DNA from: Candidatus Omnitrophota bacterium
GTDB taxonomy: Bacteria > Omnitrophota > Gorgyraeia > Zapsychrales > JANLHA01
Assembly: GCA_963662715.1 (NCBI GenBank)
Contig: OY759724.1
Span: 870,001-902,000 of the forward strand
Direction: 5' to 3'
DNA: 32,000 nucleotides
Below the pieces are notes generated by a model, which was not told the origin of the DNA, searched no databases, and saw only the letters and a list, made by a program, of their open reading frames with translations. The translations under genes were made by a program, and so were the position numbers. Shown piece by piece: positions 31,294 through 32,000 of the stretch (position 1 is its first letter; the number at the start of each line of letters is the position of its first letter).

Positions 31294-32000
31294 TTATTCC
31301 CCACCTGTTTTAAATAAAACAAAAGTAATTATTAGCCCTGCAATGGACGCTAAAGATCCTGAGATATCTAGTGTTTTCTCAACAATTAAAAACTTATCTC
31401 CCTCCAGGACAAAGGGAGCTACACCATTTACAATCAACAAGAAAACAAAAAGCATCCCCAAAATCTTTAAATACTTTTCTATCCTAATAACTTTCGAAAT
31501 AATGTTTCGTAAGGGACGAGGCAAGGATTTCCAACATTTTGCTTCCAAGGAATGATAATCTACCGGATCAGCATGAAATTGACTAGGATAAGGCCACGAC
31601 ATGGTTGCATCACCATGCTGCCCAACATAAGGTGAAGAAGCCTTAGCTTTTAGTCGAAAAAAACAGCCTTTGACAAAAGAGATTCCTTTTTCAAAATGAA
31701 TTGGACGAGCGCTTAAATTTGTCATTGTAATGCCTAAACGTCCTCTAAAGCCCGGATCGGCCGCTGTGCATACAGGTGTTAGCCCCATGGAAAACAATGA
31801 CCCCTTGGAAAATAATAGCAAGAAGTGTTCCTGATCAAGATTGACTTTTTCCATTGTTACTATAGTAAGCGTTTCAAAAGGATTGATCGTATGCGAAGCT
31901 TGCTTTCTTTGACTAGTCTGCTTCTTTTCATAATCATAAGTATACGATATATCCCCAACTCGGAATTCATAACAACAGCCATCAAGTTGTTTGTTGTCAA
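31294..32000 (-). CDS. dCTP deaminase/dUTPase-fold protein with C-terminal 2-TM extension (5' end outside the window)
   Basis: The frame stays open upstream of the listed ATG to the window edge (DNKQLDGCCYEFRVGDISYTYDYEKK...INPFETLTIVTMEKVNLDQEHFLLLFSKGSLFSMGL...ADPGFRGRLGITMTNLSARPIHFEKGISF). This follows the Dcd/Dut beta-barrel pattern (SSxxRxGL, DPGxxG, xxN). The C-terminus adds two hydrophobic helices (ILGMLFVFLLIVNGVAPFVL, SLASIAGLIITFVLF). Confidence 0.65.
   Translation of the reverse strand, partial: DNKQLDGCCYEFRVGDISYTYDYEKKQTSQRKQASHTINPFETLTIVTMEKVNLDQEHFLLLFSKGSLFSMGLTPVCTAADPGFRGRLGITMTNLSARPIHFEKGISFVKGCFFRLKAKASSPYVGQHGDATMSWPYPSQFHADPVDYHSLEAKCWKSLPRPLRNIISKVIRIEKYLKILGMLFVFLLIVNGVAPFVLEGDKFLIVEKTLDISGSLASIAGLIITFVLFKTGGE

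Larger units (their letters stand above)
12393..32000. mobile_element. Integrated mobile/defence island (possibly two tandem elements), extending past the right edge
   Basis: Starts at the tRNA-half/IS remnant junction. Carries an integrase, excisionase, XRE repressors, primase-helicase, a TA system and defence genes. The sequence is visibly AT-richer than the 4.6-11.7 kb housekeeping block. No right-hand boundary is seen. Confidence 0.6.

Noticed and set aside
1-32000. CRISPR arrays, rRNA genes, retron-like or other long tandem repeats
   Set aside because: Reading through the intergenic regions showed no regularly spaced direct repeats of 25-40 bp, no rRNA-like segments and no reverse transcriptase gene. 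The only tandem structure is the micro-ORF duplication at 25282-25642.

Overview
Bacterial chromosomal window, almost entirely minus-strand coding, with no intact rRNA or tRNA gene and no CRISPR array.

Left part (1-11.7 kb), relatively GC-rich housekeeping genes:
- a multi-PAS LuxR-type regulator
- a lipoprotein
- a secreted YHS-type metal-binding protein
- dhaK-dhaL
- a secreted glutathione peroxidase
- a PurF-like amidophosphoribosyltransferase paralog co-oriented with carB

Junction (11.9-12.4 kb), three gene remnants in a row:
- the pore and TM2 part of a K+ channel
- an IS3-family orfA with an in-frame stop
- the 3' half of a tRNA(CAU), the kind of scar left at a tRNA-targeted integration site

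Right part (12.4 kb to the right edge), a visibly AT-richer integrated mobile and defence island:
- an AbiEi/AbiEii type IV toxin-antitoxin pair with operator repeats, a metallophosphoesterase and a frameshifted AbiEi-like gene
- a tyrosine integrase, XRE repressor and excisionase switch
- a Toprim primase and P-loop helicase replication module
- a membrane-anchored receiver protein
- a tightly packed nine-gene minus-strand array led by a recognisable SIR2-HerA defence pair. It continues into two membrane proteins, two tandem unannotated Pro/Thr/Lys-rich micro-ORFs, a PUA-like/PD-(D/E)xK nuclease and a SprT-like metallopeptidase
- a second array at the right edge: a dCTP-deaminase/dUTPase-fold protein with a 2-TM tail, a NUDIX hydrolase and an Old-Yellow-Enzyme-like flavoprotein with a Cys cluster

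The two right-hand arrays are the best candidates for an undescribed system. All family calls come from motifs read by eye. No searches were run.
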